A stretch of 63,589 nucleotides of DNA, the filler included, from Octopus bimaculoides (taxonomy: Eukaryota): NCBI RefSeq assembly GCF_001194135.2. It is 5 parts of 5 records of this genome, joined end to end, with 100 filler letters (N's around TTAATTAATTAA, not from the genome) between each part and the next. Parts side by side here need not be neighbours in the genome. Positions count along the whole stretch, not along the records: positions 1 to 27,373 come from NC_068983.1; 4 more parts are not named here. One strand, written 5' to 3'. A program made the position numbers and the translations under genes. Below, in pieces: positions 1 to 13,604 of the stretch (position 1 is its first letter; the number at the start of each line of letters is the position of its first letter). Below the pieces are notes generated by a model. The model did not search any database. It was not told where the DNA came from and was given only the letters and a program-made list of their open reading frames with translations.

Positions 1-109
1 GTAGATAGATAGATATATAGATAGATATATTATATATTATATAACTAAGTTAATATTTATTTTGATGTTCACTTATAATAGATAAATACATACATATATA
101 CATAGATAT

Positions 110-363
110 TGTTGTGGCAAGGGTCATGACACCTTCTGCAAGAATAGACTCATCCAACGACTATGAACAGCAGTGTTGTGAGTGAGATAGGAGAGAGTAG
201 GCGTTAATTGCAGAAAGTCGTAATGTATCGTTTTGGTAGTTTTCTTGGTTGGTATATACGTTCGTGGAGAGTTTGTTGGATTGTTATGTTGTTGTTACCC
301 TGCTTCGTTATATATTTTATTGCTACTACACGGTAATAGCGTCAAAAAAGTATCGTCATAACA
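110..363 (+). mobile_element. LTR-like repeat, copy 1 (Gypsy-type), followed by PBS-like TGGCGA motifs
   Basis: Ends TGTTGTG...CATAACA form an imperfect terminal inverted repeat. 254 bp, homologous to 796-1048. Followed by ATTGGCGATAC and TTTGGCGACG. Confidence 0.7.
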
Positions 364-587
364 ATTGGCGATACAATTTTGGCGACGCGGATTCGAAGCT
401 CACACAGGTCAGTTAGCATATTTTTTGTGATACATAGTTGTATATTATGGAAAACGCCTTAGCTTCTATGATACAATTGCAAAAGTAGTAGCAAGAAAAG
501 CAACAAGAGTTGCAGAAACAACTACTACAGCAATATAAAGACAGCAAAAGTTAATGTAGCTATATTTTAAGAAGGACACTGAGTTCG

Positions 588-779
588 TTTCCACCAGACG
601 GTATATCGAACTTTATAACACAATTCAGTTATAACCCAGAGGAAGGCATAACTTTTGTGGCGTACTTCAGAAGGTACAAAGATTGCAAATGGTGGACTTA
701 CGTAGAAAAAGTAAGACTATTATTACGTAAATTAGCTCCGTCAGAACATATTTTGGCCGACAATGAATCGGGACATTGA
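588..779 (+). pseudogene. Gypsy (K02A2.6-like) gag N-terminal remnant
   Basis: Manual translation FPPDGISNFITQFSYNPEEGITFVAYFRRYKDCKWWTYVEKVRLLLRKLAPSEH matches the F.Y.PE.G.TF..(W/Y)..RY...KVRLLLRKL...EH pattern of this gag family; lies between two LTR-like copies. Confidence 0.7.
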
Positions 780-795
780 AAATTTGGTGAAATAA

Positions 796-1048
796 TGTTG
801 AGGTGGTGCGCTAGCAACCAGAGCACCACCGGTGAAATACAAATCGTGACCTGAGACTGATAGCCCGACTATAAATAGTAGTGGTCTGAGTTAGATAGGA
901 TAGAGTAGGCGTTAACCGTAGTCGTTTTGGTAGTTATCGAAATATTGTTTATCGGTTCGTGTAAAGTTCGTGGAGAGTTTTTGGGATTGCCTCGTTATAT
1001 ATTTTATTGTTACTACACGGTTATAGTGTAAAAAATATCGTCATAACA
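796..1048 (+). mobile_element. LTR-like repeat, copy 2
   Basis: TGTTGAG...CATAACA, 253 bp, with TATA-like CTATAAATAG; aligns with 110-363; followed by ATTGGCGATCC. Confidence 0.7.
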
Positions 1049-3006
1049 ATTGGCGATCCAGTACACATACACACACACATACACATACATGCATACACGC
1101 ATATGAATATATATATATTATATATAAAGTTTCTATTTGTTTTCATACTCAATTATAATAATGTGTGCATGTAGAGCAGGGCTTCTTTATAGGTATATAG
1201 ACACGGAAATTGTATGATCCATAAGGAGTGCAGTTGCTTGGTAGCTGTGTATGGCGGTATGGAAGAGTAAGATAAGAATTATGAGTAAATAAGATGAAAA
1301 CATGTGAATATGAAATGAGAGAAAGTTGTAGGAAGGAAACCATCTAGATATATGTGTGTTTGTGTTTATGGGTGTGTTAAAGCGCCTGGATTAATAGTCA
1401 AATTGTTATAATCGGGATCATAGAGATGGAGTGTATTCCTCAAATGCCTTAAGCATGTTGCCCTAATGCGATATACTTCAAATGACTTTGCACAAGTGTA
1501 TTCATTTCAAAAGAATATGAATGAAGTTTTTACGCAATCCTACCGGTGTTTTAAACATACCATCTTTCGCTGATTCAATCGTGGGTCTTCTGAGAGAGCG
1601 TGCAAAATTGTTCCTTAAAAGGCAATTCTGTTGAAAAGTAAATGCCATACAAATAGAAATAAGGGAGCGAAAACATACATAAGGAAGTTAATTCTTTCCC
1701 TTAGTTATTCACATTACAGACACATTAAACCTTATCATATCTGGAGATCCGACATTTTTCAATTTACTGATGTATCATATACAATGGAATTCATATTTTT
1801 GAAGTTATTTCCATGCATCTTCTTTATAACCATAATAAAAGAGCCGTTACTCTTTTCAAACGTGTATTGCTCTGCAGTTCACTACTAACATCGTCTTGTT
1901 CTACGTGTGCAACATTCTCCGCTTTCTAAGATGGAGCAGATGATGCAGGGATAGCCAATACATATACTGTGAATTTTCTTACATTTCTGAATAATATTTG
2001 GCATTCATTTGTATCGAATCCAGTAGGGGGAAATGTGAGTGAAAAACCGTATTTAAATATATCGACGTTTAAGAGAATATAGTATTTATGTGTTTCCTCC
2101 CTATGAAATTATGTACGTTTCGTGGATATTTACTTTTTGTAGGCATTAAGAGAAGTACACGTTGTTGTGTAATTGCAATCGACTTATCGAATGGCCACAT
2201 TACATATAACGTCAACATATTTCTCTCTTGTTATTCGAATTCATGAAAGTTAACGAATTCAGATATGCACAGAATCAGATAAACATAAATTTTCTGTATT
2301 CTGTCAACACCAATAGGAATAACTTTCTAAATCTATTGAAGCACATCCCGTTCCTTGGCGCAAGTATGTATGTCTGTGTGTCTGTGTCTGTGTGTGCGAG
2401 CGTGTTTGTGTGCGTGCACGCTCGAGCCCGTGTGTGTATTTTCATTGTATTGCGTGTTCGTCTTTAATTTGTGCAATACAGAAATATATGATTATTTTCT
2501 TCAATTTTGAAGCATACAATAACTGTATGTATTTACCCTGAAAGCAGTCAGCCTTTATGACTGTCAATAAATGTGTCATCAGTGACAAACTTATGCGTAT
2601 TGATTCTTTTATGGAAATCTGCCACTTATATCAGTCCATTGTATTCCTTAAACCATATATCAGACCCGAGGAAGTGGTAACCAATCGAAACGAATTCTTG
2701 TCTTCAGAATTCTCTTGATTAGAATGTTTTTCAATATACAAAATAAAATAGACAGGAAAGATTTTCGGTGAATAATTCAAACGATTCTCCCAAGGACGCC
2801 GCTGCTCAAAATGTTGTGCTTACTTTTCTTTTCAAAAGACGAACATTTTAAATTTTGTTAACGTTATTTCTAATTTAAATTTAGATAATTGTTGAATTAC
2901 AATAAAGTTAATATTTATATGAATGAATCTCTATCCCTTTCATTACACTATGTATCGTCACGTGTATGAATAAATTTTGGTAATGCTTTGCTATTTCTTT
3001 TAGAAA

Positions 3007-3150
3007 TACGGCAGAATCATTAGCACGCCAGATAAAATGCTTAGCCATATTTTGACCAGCTTTATGCTTTGAGTTCAAATTCCATTAACATTGACGATGA
3101 CTCTCATATTTTGAGGACTGATAACATAAGTACCTCTTGAAGTCGATGCA
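3007..3150 (+). mobile_element. Degenerate SINE family A (tRNA-like head, Deu/Nin-like core)
   Basis: GGCAGAATCATTAGCACGCC...AAATGCTTAG...GAGTTCAAATTCC matches better-preserved copies in the window. Confidence 0.6.
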
Positions 3151-3832
3151 ATTTCGGGCCTTTTGCCTGGAGTAAAATGAATACTTTCTTTTGGAAACCA
3201 TGTTGCTGCTTCTGTGTGCGATTCTTCAACTTTTTAACCACTGTTAAAATAGCTTGCAAAATATGTTGTGATTCTTTTGTTCTTACTCAGATATCAGCGC
3301 TATGAATATCTCTGCGTTTTAACCTTTCAGTTTCGAGTAAAAATATCATTCCTTACCAAGGCAAAAGCCGCCACGTTAAGGCCTATAAAACATGGAAGAA
3401 GCGATGAAGTGTACTCTTTCAGAATGCAAATGAATTCACCAGATACAACACGGCAAAGTATTCGCTGATCTAGTCACTACCTTTTTTATATAAGTCACTG
3501 CTTTGCTTGTTTTTGTATATGCATATATTTGTGTGTGTATATGTGTATATGCATATGTATATATATGTATATATATATGTGTGTGTGTGTGTGGGTGNNN
3601 NNNNNNNNNNNNNNNNNNNNNNNNNNNNNNNNNNNNNNNNNNNNNNNNNNNNNNNNNNNNNNNNNNNNNNNNNNNNNNNNNNNNNNNNNNNNNNNNNNNN
3701 NNNNNNNNNNNNNNNNNNNNNNNNNNNNNNNNNNNNNNNNNNNNNNNNNNNNNNNNNNNNNNNNNNNNNNNNNNNNNNNNNNNNNNNNNNNNNNNNNNNN
3801 NNNNNNNNNNNNNNNNNNNNNNNNNNNNNNNN

Positions 3833-3883
<51 letters not shown>

Positions 3884-5018
3884 GTGTGTCTTTATGTTTT
3901 CTTTTTACCCCATCACTGCTTGACAGACAACGCTGTCTTTCAGCATGACCGAAGCATGAAACAAATAGAAAAATAAAAGAATGCATGTGTGTGTGCCTGT
4001 GGGTATGCTTTATTATTTACTTGACTCAGTTTAGTGAGTTATAGGCTCACTAATATATTGGAAATAGTTATTGGAAATAATAATTTCTTCGTAATATTTC
4101 GCTGTATGTGAAGTATTGCATACAAAGACAACTTGAAAATGAAGAAATTTAATATGCTAGTAATAATAAAATGACGCCTTAACGATACAGGCATATAAAT
4201 AAAAACATAATGCAGTTAACACGAACTTCAGTTATTATTTGTATTAATTGAATTCATTTCTAGACCCAAATATTAGGCAGCTACTTAGCCAGTACAATAG
4301 TTACTACGGATGTAGCGTGACGGAAGTTTAGGAAGTTCTCTTCCTAACCTAGGTTTCTAGGTTAACGCTCAAAACAGACACTGCGTTGTTTGGGAAAGGC
4401 AAATATTACATTGCAATTTCCTCGAGTCAACACAAGTCTGGTGCATTTTTTAGAAGAATTATGTAAACAGAATCTACGAGAAAGCTCCATAAATCGTCTG
4501 TACCAGTAATTCAAAGGCACAACGTTGTGATACATTTGTCACTATGGATTTCATTAGAGAAACCATTTAAGCTTAGATACTTTTGTAGATCGATCAGTCA
4601 GTAATGCGTTGGGACACTGAGTGAAAAAAATTTACTGAATGATAACTGTATCGTTATCGTCGAAAACTACGGAAAGCCATATAATTAGCATTTAGTATAT
4701 TTCGCTTTTGGATTTAGTTTGCAAGATTCTTTAGCATTTACTATGATTAGTAAAATTGTCATAGTAACGACAAGCTGTAGAGTAATTATTCGATGACGTT
4801 GGGACACACAGAGTGAATCTAATCTCAAACACGCAATGAAGTGGACAATATGTCTCTTTTCCATAATCTCTGAAGTGATGATATAGAATGTGTTTGAGGA
4901 GAAAATTTAATTGAAGAATAATTGTGCTCAGCAAATAGACTGTATCCACGAGAGAAACACAAAAACTGTGCACGACCAAAAAATATGAAAGTCAATAATC
5001 CATTCAACTATAATCGCA

Positions 5019-5215
5019 AGGCCTGAAATTTGTAGGGCTGAGACTAATCGATTAGATCCACCACAGAGTGCTTAATTAGTACTTATTTCATCGATGCTGA
5101 AAGGATGAAAGGCGAAGTCAACCTCGGCGAAATTTGAACTCAGAACATAAAGACAGACGAAATAGTGTTAAGCAGTTCGCCCCGCGTGTTAATGATTCAA
5201 CCAACTCACTGCCTT
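5019..5215 (-). mobile_element. SINE family A
   Basis: Reverse complement of ...CTGAGTTCAAATTTCGCCGAGGTTGACTTCGCCTTTCATCCTTTC...; similar to 22201-22427. Confidence 0.8.
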
Positions 5216-8200
5216 ATTATAATCAATAATAAACCCGTTAATTAATGTAGAGCTATATAGTGTTTTATCTATGCTTATTAAATGTATAGTTACTTTCTCT
5301 ATGTAACTGTTTAAACTGCATTCAGTTTTCGGTCCAATGACCATGTAGAAAGTGATTGCGAATATTTCAGAAACAGAAGTGAGGAAACATGAAAATGTGT
5401 TACGAATCTCTTGGTCGTTATTAAAGGCCGAAATCATATCTTAACCGTTAAAGCTTCCTAGCTTGTGTGAATGAACTCATGATATGTATAACACATCGAA
5501 ATATGTTATAGTACTCAATCTCACATGCTGAATTATATGAATTGCTTTGCCTATCTCCACTAGAATGTCGCGCTTATATTCACATAAATCAGCTTTGATT
5601 GAATCTGTATTAGGCATATATTGGCGCGCAATTCTATAGGAGAAAACGCGACGAATTTGAAATTAGAATGCGGCTATCAGGAAGGAAAATGATTTTAGAA
5701 ATATCGTAAACAAAATATATTTTGACTAAATGATATTGGAAAGTTTAGTACAAAATTAAGTAGTAATCAGTTGATGGAATGTAAATATTTTCTTGACATA
5801 TAGAAATTGTATTTAATTCTATGCTGCTCTATTTCTATTGTTCTTTGTATTGAATTCAAAAGTATAATTGTTAGCAAAACAATTAAGTAAAATTTTTAAA
5901 TGCGAAAGAATAAAATGCCAATTATGACATACAATTAAATAGACAATAATGTCTGTGTGTTCATGTAAGTGTAAAGAACGAATGTATGAGTTACTTAGCA
6001 ATCTCTCGCCATAATATACATATACATACATATAATATGTGTGTGTGTGTGTGTGTAAGATTTATACATGACATATATAAAGAATATATAAATATATATA
6101 TACATATATATCTACACACACACACACGCTCACACACATATGTATATATATTTCCCGTTTGGTATTTTTCCAACATACTGCATTGTTCTTTTCAACACGT
6201 CTTTCTTTATGATTAAATATGAAACGGCGGTCAGAAAGTACTGCCACCGGTTTGTTTACAATACTTTTGATTTAGATTTGGATTATTATTTGATTTCATT
6301 CTTTTTGCTTCTTCTATTCAATCTTAGAAATGATCTTTTAAAGCCGTAGAATATTTTCCGAAAACTTCATTCATTGCACTTGCATTATGCTATTTTCTTT
6401 TTCCGTCAAAGATTTGTTTCATTTTTCTTTATTAATTTATATTTATTCTACAATTATTTTGAGTAGCAATATTGTTTATTACTTCCTTCATAAAATCCCC
6501 GCTATTGTTTAATAATATTTTATACAGATATTCATATACATATGCATATATCAATACATACAAAAGCACACGCACATACAAATGTTTCGTATCTATATAA
6601 CTATGTTTCATATCTCTATATATTATACATGTATATGTGCACGTGTGTGTGGACGCGCTCCTTGTGTGTGTGTGTGTGTGTGTGTGTGCATGTGTGTGTA
6701 AATATTTTTCTAAAGCATTGAGAATTTATTCATGTGAAAGACCTATGAATATAGATCAATAGATTTAGGTAAGTCAACGTAAGTGTATTCACTCTAAACT
6801 TAGTTATTTTTACCACTAAGTTGAAAAGAAACACACAATATGTACACAATATTTTTCCATAAAAATATTATCTACTCAACCGTGCACCCGATGTTTCAAA
6901 TACATGTGTACATATTTTTGCATGAGTTCATCACAGAAACATAATTACATGAAAGCTAAAAGAGGGTAGAGCCATCAGAGCGTCTTACACAATTACTTGC
7001 GTTATTTATTCCGGCTTTCTGAATTATGACTTCAAATATCGTCGAGATTCAATTCGTATCTTATCCTGTACTGATTGATAAATAATGTAACAGTAAAGAT
7101 CAGAAAAGTGGTAGAATTATTGGCGTCGTTCTCGATAACTCACTGTAATATTTTCGTCTGTTCGCGTTCTGAGATGCTATCGCGAGGGAGCATTCGTCAG
7201 TGGTATAAGAAATCCATTGCCTAAGTTAACCGTTCCAACCCATATGGTTTCAGTGCCTTTGTCTGAATCCGTGTTGCTTGAATTTGACTTATAGCTTCTG
7301 CTTGAGGATATTGTTCTGCAGCAGTCTCCTTGGATGTGACGAGAGGCATCACTTTTCCCTTCCAATTTAGCAATAAAAGATTATTTTGATATGCATATAT
7401 ATATACATACACACACAGAGACATACGTATGAGAGGGAGAGAGGGAGCGAGATAGGGAGAGAGAGGGTGGGTATAGAATGCTGGGAATGACATCATTTGA
7501 TTGTTGACGTCCTGCTAACAGCAGAAAAGAGAATGATTCGTTCCGATATTACCAAGTGATAGTTTTACTAAAATACGGAAAACTTGCTCAGGCTACAAGA
7601 AATTATTCAAAGTTTCACGAAATAGTGTTTAAGAAAATGTTTTCTTTGAAAAGTCATACATATACGTATTACGAATTTTACTTCCCGTTCTATTTCGATC
7701 TCTGATATATGCTTGATAAATCATTGCCTGCTTCCATTCTTCTCCGTAAACACCATTTTATTCTTTCCACATGTTTTAGTTTCAACTAGAAAAGACTGAA
7801 GTGTCACAGCAGATCTATGAGCACAGCTACACATGTCCACTTCTACTGAAAGTGTTCTATCGTCGCACTTGCACGTTACATGATTAAATTAGAATCTATA
7901 GTCTTCTGTTCAGACACCAATTCACATGGTGTTATCAGTCTACTCGCCAGATTTGCTTTGTTATATCATACCAAGCACCTTCAAATTACATTTCCTTCGT
8001 TGTTTACAGGACATTACGAAAACAAATATGATTATTTTAAATCATCCTAAACGCTTCAATTAGAACCGCCATTCAGTAATACAGTTTATGGATTTTTCAG
8101 ATTACGCTCCTGCACTACCATGCAGATCCAAAGCGGCAGATTCATTGCAGTGAAGCTGCAGCCTTACTTTGAGATAAGTAATCAATGCTTATGCAACTCG

Positions 8201-8407
8201 ATAATTTACTTGAAGTAATTCATATTATGGATCACCTTTCATTATAGCGTATTACTAAACGGGAAACCTCATGCGCGGTGCGATGCTTAAAACTACCGTT
8301 CTAAAAATATATCCTTTCAAAGTCTTGCAGTATATGTATTTACTTTTGAAAGTCTATGTATTGGTTCATTTTGAGTGTCGAATGAAGAAAGCGCCAGCAA
8401 GGTACTA

Positions 8408-8578
8408 GGGGCAAGTATGGATGTGCAGGTAAGAAACACGATTATTAGCCACGGGATTTTTGCTCAACTCCACTATACGGCATCTCGGGTGACTACTTTC
8501 TGCTATAACGCCGAGACGACAAATGGATGGTGAGTGAATTTGGTGATCGGAAATTGTGTGGAAGACCGAGGCACATTG
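8408..8578 (+). mobile_element. Degenerate SINE family B, 5' half
   Basis: Weak similarity to 29167-29330 (GGTAAG...CCACT...CTATA...GTGAGTGAATTTGGT...GGAAA). Confidence 0.5.
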
Positions 8579-9074
8579 TGAAGCATTAGAGCTGTAATAT
8601 ATATTTTAAGAAGTTAAAATTAATGGCCAGTAATAGCGTAACCATTTGTTTCGCACCTGTAAAACCCTTACCTATATGGGCGAATCATCAGACTCAAATA
8701 TGATGGACGTGTCGTCTATATTGCTAAGTGTTTTATAGGTGCGAAACCAATGGTCACTATATGACAGGCCATAACTTTTCACTAACGAAATCTCTCTCTG
8801 ACTCTCTCTCTCCTCTCTCTTTCTATATATATATATATACATACATATAAATATGCACACACACACACACACACACACNNNNNNNNNNNNNNNNNNNNNN
8901 NNNNNNNNNNNNNNNNNNNNNNNNNNNNNNNNNNNNNNNNNNNNNNNNNNNNNNNNNNNNNNNNNNNNNNNNNNNNNNNNNNNNNNNNNNNNNNNNNNNN
9001 NNNNNNNNNNNNNNNNNNNNNNNNNNNNNNNNNNNNNNNNNNNTATGCATATATATATATATACATATAAATAT

Positions 9075-9148
<74 letters not shown>

Positions 9149-9151
<3 letters not shown>

Positions 9152-9245
9152 GGGTGTATTCATTGACCTCTGTCTCAAAAACGCTCTACATGTAATAGTT
9201 CAATTGATTGAGATCTGGGGAATTAGGGGGCCAAATGTTAAGGCT
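9149..9245 (-). mobile_element. Tc1/mariner transposase fragment (third catalytic D region)
   Basis: Minus strand encodes WPPNSPDLNQLNYYM; homologous to 10290-10390. Confidence 0.75.
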
Positions 9246-10051
9246 ATATATATATGTATGTGCGTATGTATGTTAGTATACATATATTTATATATGGATA
9301 TGGGTGTGTGTTTGTATTTTTGCTTGACCCTTCACAGCTTGGGCTCCCATGTTGGTTTGTGTAAGTTTTCGTAAATTAGCTGCTCGAAGAAAGATGACGA
9401 TAAAATACATATCGCATCTAGACAGTAATTCCTGGTGTTGATTTGATCGACTAAACATTTCAATGACTGTAAAAAGTGAAAAAATAAATAAATAAATAAA
9501 AATACTATAAAAAAGAAATGTGTAGAAAATAATTTCAGTGAGATGGGCATCGAAACAACTCGAATATTTAGTTACGTTGCTCCAACTGTTATTAAATACA
9601 TTTTTGAAATGAAGTGTTTTATATGCCCTTTCAGATTTCCAAAATGTTTTCAATTAAAATCTAATTTCAATTCAAATGGAAATAATTAATTAAGAAAACG
9701 AGGAAGATAAAGCTAAATGTTTACGTTCTAAAAATAATTATTCATTCAGTTCGAGATCCCAAAAGGAATACAGAAATCAGCATAAACAATTTGAAAGATA
9801 ACATTTGGTTCTTTTCCCCCTAAGTGAAAAAGTATACGCCACTATAGAAGAATGGTGAATCAACAATAAACAAAAAAGAACAAAACAATTATATGCTCTA
9901 CATCCTGTAAACAGTTATTTTGTTGTATAATTTATGTAAATATTAATGTTCAGCAGGTACAAAGAAAACCCAGTCTACTTTTTCTCTCTCTCTTCCTCAC
10001 TCTCTCTCCCCTTCCTCTCTCTCTCTCTCTCTGTATGTATACATATATATA

Positions 10052-11666
10052 CAGCCTTCGTAAGATATTAGAGGATAGATTTATGTTCATATAAAAAAAC
10101 ACATATATAATTACAGATAATAACTTTATTTATCAAAGAATGCTATGAGGATACAAATAAACATTCTTCCCTATAATGTTATTCAAGAGCTGCTTCTACG
10201 AGATCTAAATCATCTACATGCTTGAATCAAGGGTCCTGGTTCATTTGTGACATTACTCTGAGTATGACAGCTTTCAAAGTATCTTTGGTGTTATGGGTGT
10301 GTTCATTGACCTCTCTCTCAACAACACTGCACCTGTAATAGTCTAATGGATTGAGCTCTGGGGAATTAGGATGCCAAATGTTAGGGGTTATGTGATCAGG
10401 AAAATTTCAGCCATCCATTCCTGTGTTACTAGAACCATGTGTGATAGTGCAGAATCATACTGAAACACATATGGCTTTCTATTGCATACACTGTCTATCC
10501 AGGACTATGAGATTATTTACATGACCTGAACGTATGCGCCAGATTTAACTCTAAAGCCCTGTGGAAAGAAGTAAGGAGGCATCGCATGTTCTTCATTGCT
10601 GAAAACCCCTCAAACCATGACGGTTGCAGGAAATTTTGTATGCACAACACTTAGAACGTCAGAAGGGTCTGCATATAACCATCTGTCATTGCTTTTCTTA
10701 GCTTTTAGATCTTGGTCCATGATTTTCTAGTTTGAGAAAAACCAAATCAAGTCTTCTCCTGCTGGATTTTTCAGTTTGTTTAAGAGCCTTTTAGATCTAA
10801 TGTAGTGATATTTTTTTTTCCTTCTTCTAACAAATTGACTTTCCTCATGATACAAAATTTATATCAGATTTCTTTGTTGACAGAATTTTTGATTGTTCCT
10901 TCTAACACATGGAGATCTTTTGTAATTGATCTCATGGAATTTCTAGGGTTGTAATGAATGGTCTGTTGAACTTGCCGAATAAATTCAGATGATTTGATGA
11001 CTTCAGAGCGTTTAGAATGCATTTTATTTTGTGATACTGGTGATACGTTTCTGTCTCCAGTCTCTAGCTCCTTACAAACTTTGTAGACGAAGGATCTGAC
11101 AACATTTAAATATCGAGATATTTCTACATAGCTATGCTCAGCCTTTATAACCTCAATAACAACAGCATGCCACTTCATCTCTTGAGTAAGCTAAAGGTCT
11201 GCCGTTATTCTTTTATCAAACAAAGATTATACAGAGTAACCAAAAAACAGCAATAATGACTACAAAAGTTATGTCCTCAAATAATTTACGCATACGACGT
11301 TGAGGGTTCCAGTTGATCCGATCAACGGAACAACCTGCTCGTGAAATTAACGTGCAAGTGGTTGAGCACTCCACAGACACGTGTACCCTTAATGTAGTTC
11401 TCGGGGATATTCAGCGTGACACAGTGTGACAAGGCTGACCCTTTGAATTAGAGGCACAACAGAAACAAGAAGTAAGAGAGAGGAAAAGTTGTGGTGAAAG
11501 AGTACAGCAGGGTTCACCACCATCGCCTGCCGGAGCCTCGTGGAGCTTTAGGTGTTTTCACTCAATAAACACTCACAACGGCCGGTCTGGGAATCGAAAC
11601 CGCGATCCCGTGACTGCGAGTCCGATTCCCTAACCACTGGGCCATTGCGCATCCCTACGCATACCG
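10052..11666 (-). mobile_element. Decayed Tc1/mariner (DD37D/maT-like) transposon with a SINE in one TIR
   Basis: ORF 10864-11178 resembles the N-terminal HTH region. Downstream frameshifted motifs include TVMV..VFSNEEHAMPPYFFPQG and IWHPNS..LNPLDYY. Imperfect 24-bp TIRs (17/24 match), each next to TA. Confidence 0.75.
11296..11655 (-). mobile_element. SINE family C (tRNA-like head)
   Basis: A/B-box-like head GCAATGGCCCAGTGGTTAGG...GTTTCGATTCCC on minus; TSD TACGCATAC at 11287-11295 and 11656-11664; matches three other copies. Confidence 0.9.
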
Positions 11667-12555
11667 TATACATATACATACATAATACACACACACGCAT
11701 ATAAATAGACATACATATATATATGTATATATATTCGAGTAAAAATAAATACAAAAATGGTGGGGTTTTTTGTATGTATGATTGTGTATAGAGGAATATA
11801 TTATTTTGCTTAAAAGAGTTCCAACACTGTCTGTTTTTTATGTTTTATTTATATTCCTGCAGAACTAATGTGGGGTATAGAATATGGAATATACAATATA
11901 TAATATGATATACAATATACAATATAAAATAAAATAAAATAAAAATGGATGAGATCATGAAAGAAAGTATTGAATGTAGATGAAATATTGAGTGTTCAAT
12001 ATAAAGGATCAAATATATAAATATATAAATATAAATATATATATATACAAAGGCGACTCGAGTTTCAGGGCTATTTCCCTTCGTCATGGCCGGTATGACA
12101 GACTTTAACAGACTGTATATATATATATNNNNNNNNNNNNNNNNNNNNNNNNNNNNNNNNNNNNNNNNNNNNNNNNNNNNNNNNNNNNNNNNNNNNNNNN
12201 NNNNNNNNNNNNNNNNNNNNNNNNNNNNNNNNNNNNNNNNNNNNNNNNNNNNNNNNNNNNNNNNNNNNNNNNNNNNNNNNNNNNNNNNNNNNNNNNNNNN
12301 NNNNNNNNNNNNNNNNNNNNNNNNNNNNNNNNNNNNNNNNNNNNNNNNNNNNNNNNNNNNNNNNNNNNNNNNNNNNNNNNNNNNNNNNNNNNNNNNNNNN
12401 NNNNNNNNNNNNNNNNNNNNNNNNNNNNNNNNNNNNNNNNNNNNNNNNNNNNNNNNNNNNNNNNNNNNNNNNNNNNNNNNNNNNNNNNNNNNNNNNNNNN
12501 NNNNNNNNNNNNNNNNNNNNNNNNNNNNNNNNNNNNNNNNNNNNNNNNNATATAA

Positions 12556-12588
<33 letters not shown>

Positions 12589-12997
12589 TGATTAGAGTGA
12601 ACAAGGAGTACTTTAGAGTGCTATTTAATAATGACTACAGATGTTACAATACGACATAATGTTACATACATACATGGTGCAAATTAAAGCAACGCTCTTC
12701 CTATACAATGCGATCCAGTTGTGTCTCCTCAAGTGCTACATAACCGTTGCCCTCGTAAGTAAATGATTGAGTGTGATTAAACCTATAGATAAATATACAC
12801 ATGCACACTGATCCTAGAATTGGAAGTATACAGCAATACTACTGGGTATTTGATTATTCTAAGGGTTAACGACTCTATTTTGGACTCTAATACGTTCCTA
12901 ATGGAATACATCTGCACTATATTTATATATCTAATTCATGTTATTTACATGACGTTGGTGACGTCCTGTACACTTATATGCATGTATGTATGTGTAT

Positions 12998-13028
<31 letters not shown>

Positions 13029-13150
13029 CGTATATACTTATATATATAGATATATATTATATATGTATATATATATTATATATGTATATATAATATATCG
13101 ATATATATTATATCTTTATATATATATATATATACATGATATATATATTG

Positions 13151-13182
<32 letters not shown>

Positions 13183-13558
13183 ATACACGAATACGTATAA
13201 AGAGAAAATTAGATAAAAATAGAAGTCACGGGTAGTGGTAACAAGCATTTACTCATACGACAAGAGACTTATAGGCGTCGAGACAGACATAGGCATATAC
13301 TTAAGTCACCTTCATTAAAATGTGCCTGCCCACCTCTTAACGTCTTATATAGAATATATACTCACACACACATATATACATATGTGTGTTTGTGTGTGTG
13401 TGCTTATGTATATACATATGTGCGCATATTCTGCTTCTTGAGTGAGTGTATGCGTGTAGGCATCTAACCTAAATCTTTATGCGTAAATTCTTTCATATGT
13501 ATATATGCAGACGTAAGCTATTTAATGCATATTTATGAATACATATGTACGTATACAA

Positions 13559-13604
<46 letters not shown>

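Noticed and set aside
7177-7365. Short minus-strand ORFs near 7.2 kb as exons
   Set aside because: No recognisable motif; the longer overlapping ORF starts in microsatellite.
8091-8180. Possible plus-strand exon (TTTTTCAG acceptor, GTAATC donor) or pre-miRNA hairpin
   Set aside because: Donor is weak, two of three frames contain stops, and pairing is too interrupted for a miRNA stem.
11590-11655. tRNA genes at SINE heads (also 29167, 36400, 57692)
   Set aside because: A/B-box-like motifs continue into shared SINE bodies with TSDs; no complete cloverleaf.
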